In this document: in pieces, positions 62,483 through 64,000 of the stretch | Position numbering within the stretch: the first letter of the stretch is position 1 | Layout: every line of letters begins with the position of its first letter | Assembly: GCA_020847635.1 (NCBI GenBank) | Contig: JADLBQ010000045.1 | Location: 41,377 to 105,376, forward strand | From: Bacteroidia bacterium | GTDB taxonomy: Bacteria; Bacteroidota; Bacteroidia; AKYH767-A; OLB10 | Direction of reading: 5' to 3' | DNA length: 64,000 nucleotides | Translations under genes and position numbers: made by a program | Notes under the pieces: generated by a model | Seen by the model: only the letters and a program-made list of their open reading frames with translations | Databases searched by the model: none | Told to the model about the DNA's origin: nothing

Positions 62483-64000
62483 TGAAATGCCAGGCAAAGT
62501 CTTTTCTATCACTGGTAGCTGATAAACTTCATGCAACTTCAAACGGTGATTTAGCAAAAGCATGTGTTGTCTTTCCAACTCGGAGGGCAGCACTGCTTTT
62601 CAGGACGGTACTAGCAGATCAGATTAAGAGGCCGGTAATTGCTCCGGAAATTTTAAGTATTACTGATTTTATTGATTTCCTGTCACCGGTTAAACCTTTG
62701 GATAACCTCTCATTGATTTTTCATCTTTACAAAAGTTATAAAAGCCAGTTTCCGGAAGAAAGTTTTGATCAGTTTTTTTACTGGGGAGAAATGATGCTTC
62801 GTGATTTCAATGACATCTCGCTGCAATGCATCAATTCGGATAAGCTTTTCGCTTCAATGAGAAATCTGGGTGAAATTGATGAAATGTTTGGATTTACGGA
62901 AAATGAGCAAGAAGAGATTAAGAGATTATGGAGTAAGTTTTCCATGAAGGAACCTGGTGTGATTGAAACCTCTTTTTTTAAAACTTGGCACAAACTTCCG
63001 ATGGTCTATAACCATTTTCTTGATTATGCGGGTAAAAATAAAATTGTGTGGGAAGGTAAAGCATACCATGAAATTATATCAGGTCTGAAAAACGGAACTA
63101 TCCAGATTAACCGTGAGTTTGTTTATTTCTGTGGCTTTTATCACATCACCAAAATACATCAGGAGCTGGCAGAAGAACTCAAAAGACATGTAACGGTTGA
63201 GTTTTTGTATGATGCTGACGAGTATTATGTAAAAGACGATGCGCATGAAGCAGGGGAAGTGTTCCGGAATTTACTGGTAAGCAGAAAGTTTGATTTTATT
63301 ACAGCAAACTTGAAAAGCCTGAAGCGGAAGATTACAATAACTGGATGTCCAATGAGAGAGATGCAGGCTAAGACTGCAGGCTTGGTTCTGAAAGAAATAT
63401 ATAATCCTGCAGAAGGCTCAAGGGTGGCCGTGGTCTTGCCAGATGAAAAAATGCTGCTCCCGGTTTTGAATAGTCTTCCTGATCAAATTGATATTTTTAA
63501 TGTAACGATGGGGTTCCCCGTTAATTACAGCCTGACTGGTGATTTTATCGCTTCACTTTGTGATTTACATCAGGGATGCCAGGGAAATCCATTACGTTTC
63601 TTCAGTCCAAATCTAATCAAATTATTAAATCATCCGGTACTGCCGCCTGATCTCAGGTTAGAGGCACGGCAACTGATTAAGAAAATTAATATCAGACAAA
63701 TTCTCTGGGTTCAAGAAGGGGATTTGCCTGCCAGGCTAGGAGAATTTTTGATGATTCGTCAGGGAAACAGTATAACAGATTATGTTCTGAATATCCTCTC
63801 GGTTCTTGCCGATAAAAGTGTTGTGGTAAGCGAACTTGAAAAATCTATTGCAGCATTTGTAAATAAAAGCCTGGCAGCATACAAATCGCTGTTACACCTT
63901 GTCAGTAACGAGATGAGTACGGTAACAGAGTGGAAAATTATTTTAAAAATCATCAGCTGGCTCAGGATTCCCTTTTCAGGTGAACCTATTGCCGGACTTC
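62482..64000 (+). CDS. AddB-like PD-(D/E)XK nuclease family protein (N-terminal part; continues past the window)
   Basis: The supplied track omits this gene because it has no stop in the window. My translation is open for 506 codons: MKCQAKSFLSLVADKLHATSNGDLAKACVVFPTRRAALLF... That N-terminus is typical of Bacteroidota AddB-like proteins. The start overlaps the smpB stop (TAATG). Confidence 0.6.
   Translation, partial: MKCQAKSFLSLVADKLHATSNGDLAKACVVFPTRRAALLFRTVLADQIKRPVIAPEILSITDFIDFLSPVKPLDNLSLIFHLYKSYKSQFPEESFDQFFYWGEMMLRDFNDISLQCINSDKLFASMRNLGEIDEMFGFTENEQEEIKRLWSKFSMKEPGVIETSFFKTWHKLPMVYNHFLDYAGKNKIVWEGKAYHEIISGLKNGTIQINREFVYFCGFYHITKIHQELAEELKRHVTVEFLYDADEYYVKDDAHEAGEVFRNLLVSRKFDFITANLKSLKRKITITGCPMREMQAKTAGLVLKEIYNPAEGSRVAVVLPDEKMLLPVLNSLPDQIDIFNVTMGFPVNYSLTGDFIASLCDLHQGCQGNPLRFFSPNLIKLLNHPVLPPDLRLEARQLIKKINIRQILWVQEGDLPARLGEFLMIRQGNSITDYVLNILSVLADKSVVVSELEKSIAAFVNKSLAAYKSLLHLVSNEMSTVTEWKIILKIISWLRIPFSGEPIAGL

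Overview
This 64 kb window looks like a low-GC chromosomal segment of a Bacteroidota genome. Three things point that way: T9SS C-terminal sorting domains, TAnnTTTG-type -7 promoter boxes, and no Shine-Dalgarno signal. It is densely coding, with about 55 CDS and one tRNA-Gln(CUG). Most genes are housekeeping: an lptD-like gene, cca, tsaC, dapD, ruvX, pheT, trxB, pyrG, ftsE, trpS, gyrB, a suhB-like gene, lgt, mtaB, cmk, pckA and smpB. I found no transposase, integrase, CRISPR array, reverse transcriptase, rRNA or recognisable defence genes. I cannot show a clearly new system from sequence alone. The four most unusual loci are: (1) a TPR sensor kinase/LytTR regulator operon that continues into a membrane-anchored receiver-only protein, translationally coupled (TAATG) to a compact Cas4-like four-Cys PD-(D/E)XK nuclease (10652-14808); (2) a soluble REC-HK-REC hybrid kinase, Hpt and membrane-anchored receiver phosphorelay (24626-27202), whose last gene is a paralog of the receiver in (1); (3) a four-gene envelope operon encoding an OM beta-barrel, a LemA-GYF fusion, a GloVer-repeat T9SS cargo and a non-lipidated CsgG-like protein (6594-10492); (4) a small secreted protein built from six 13-aa [WY]KSDA repeats, seen as a 39-nt DNA periodicity (31173-31508). 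One real gene is missing from the supplied ORF track because it has no stop in the window: an AddB-like PD-(D/E)XK nuclease gene at 62482->64000. I trimmed several track ORF starts to internal ATG/GTG codons where signal peptides or family N-termini supported it. All family calls rest on motif recognition by eye, with no database searches.
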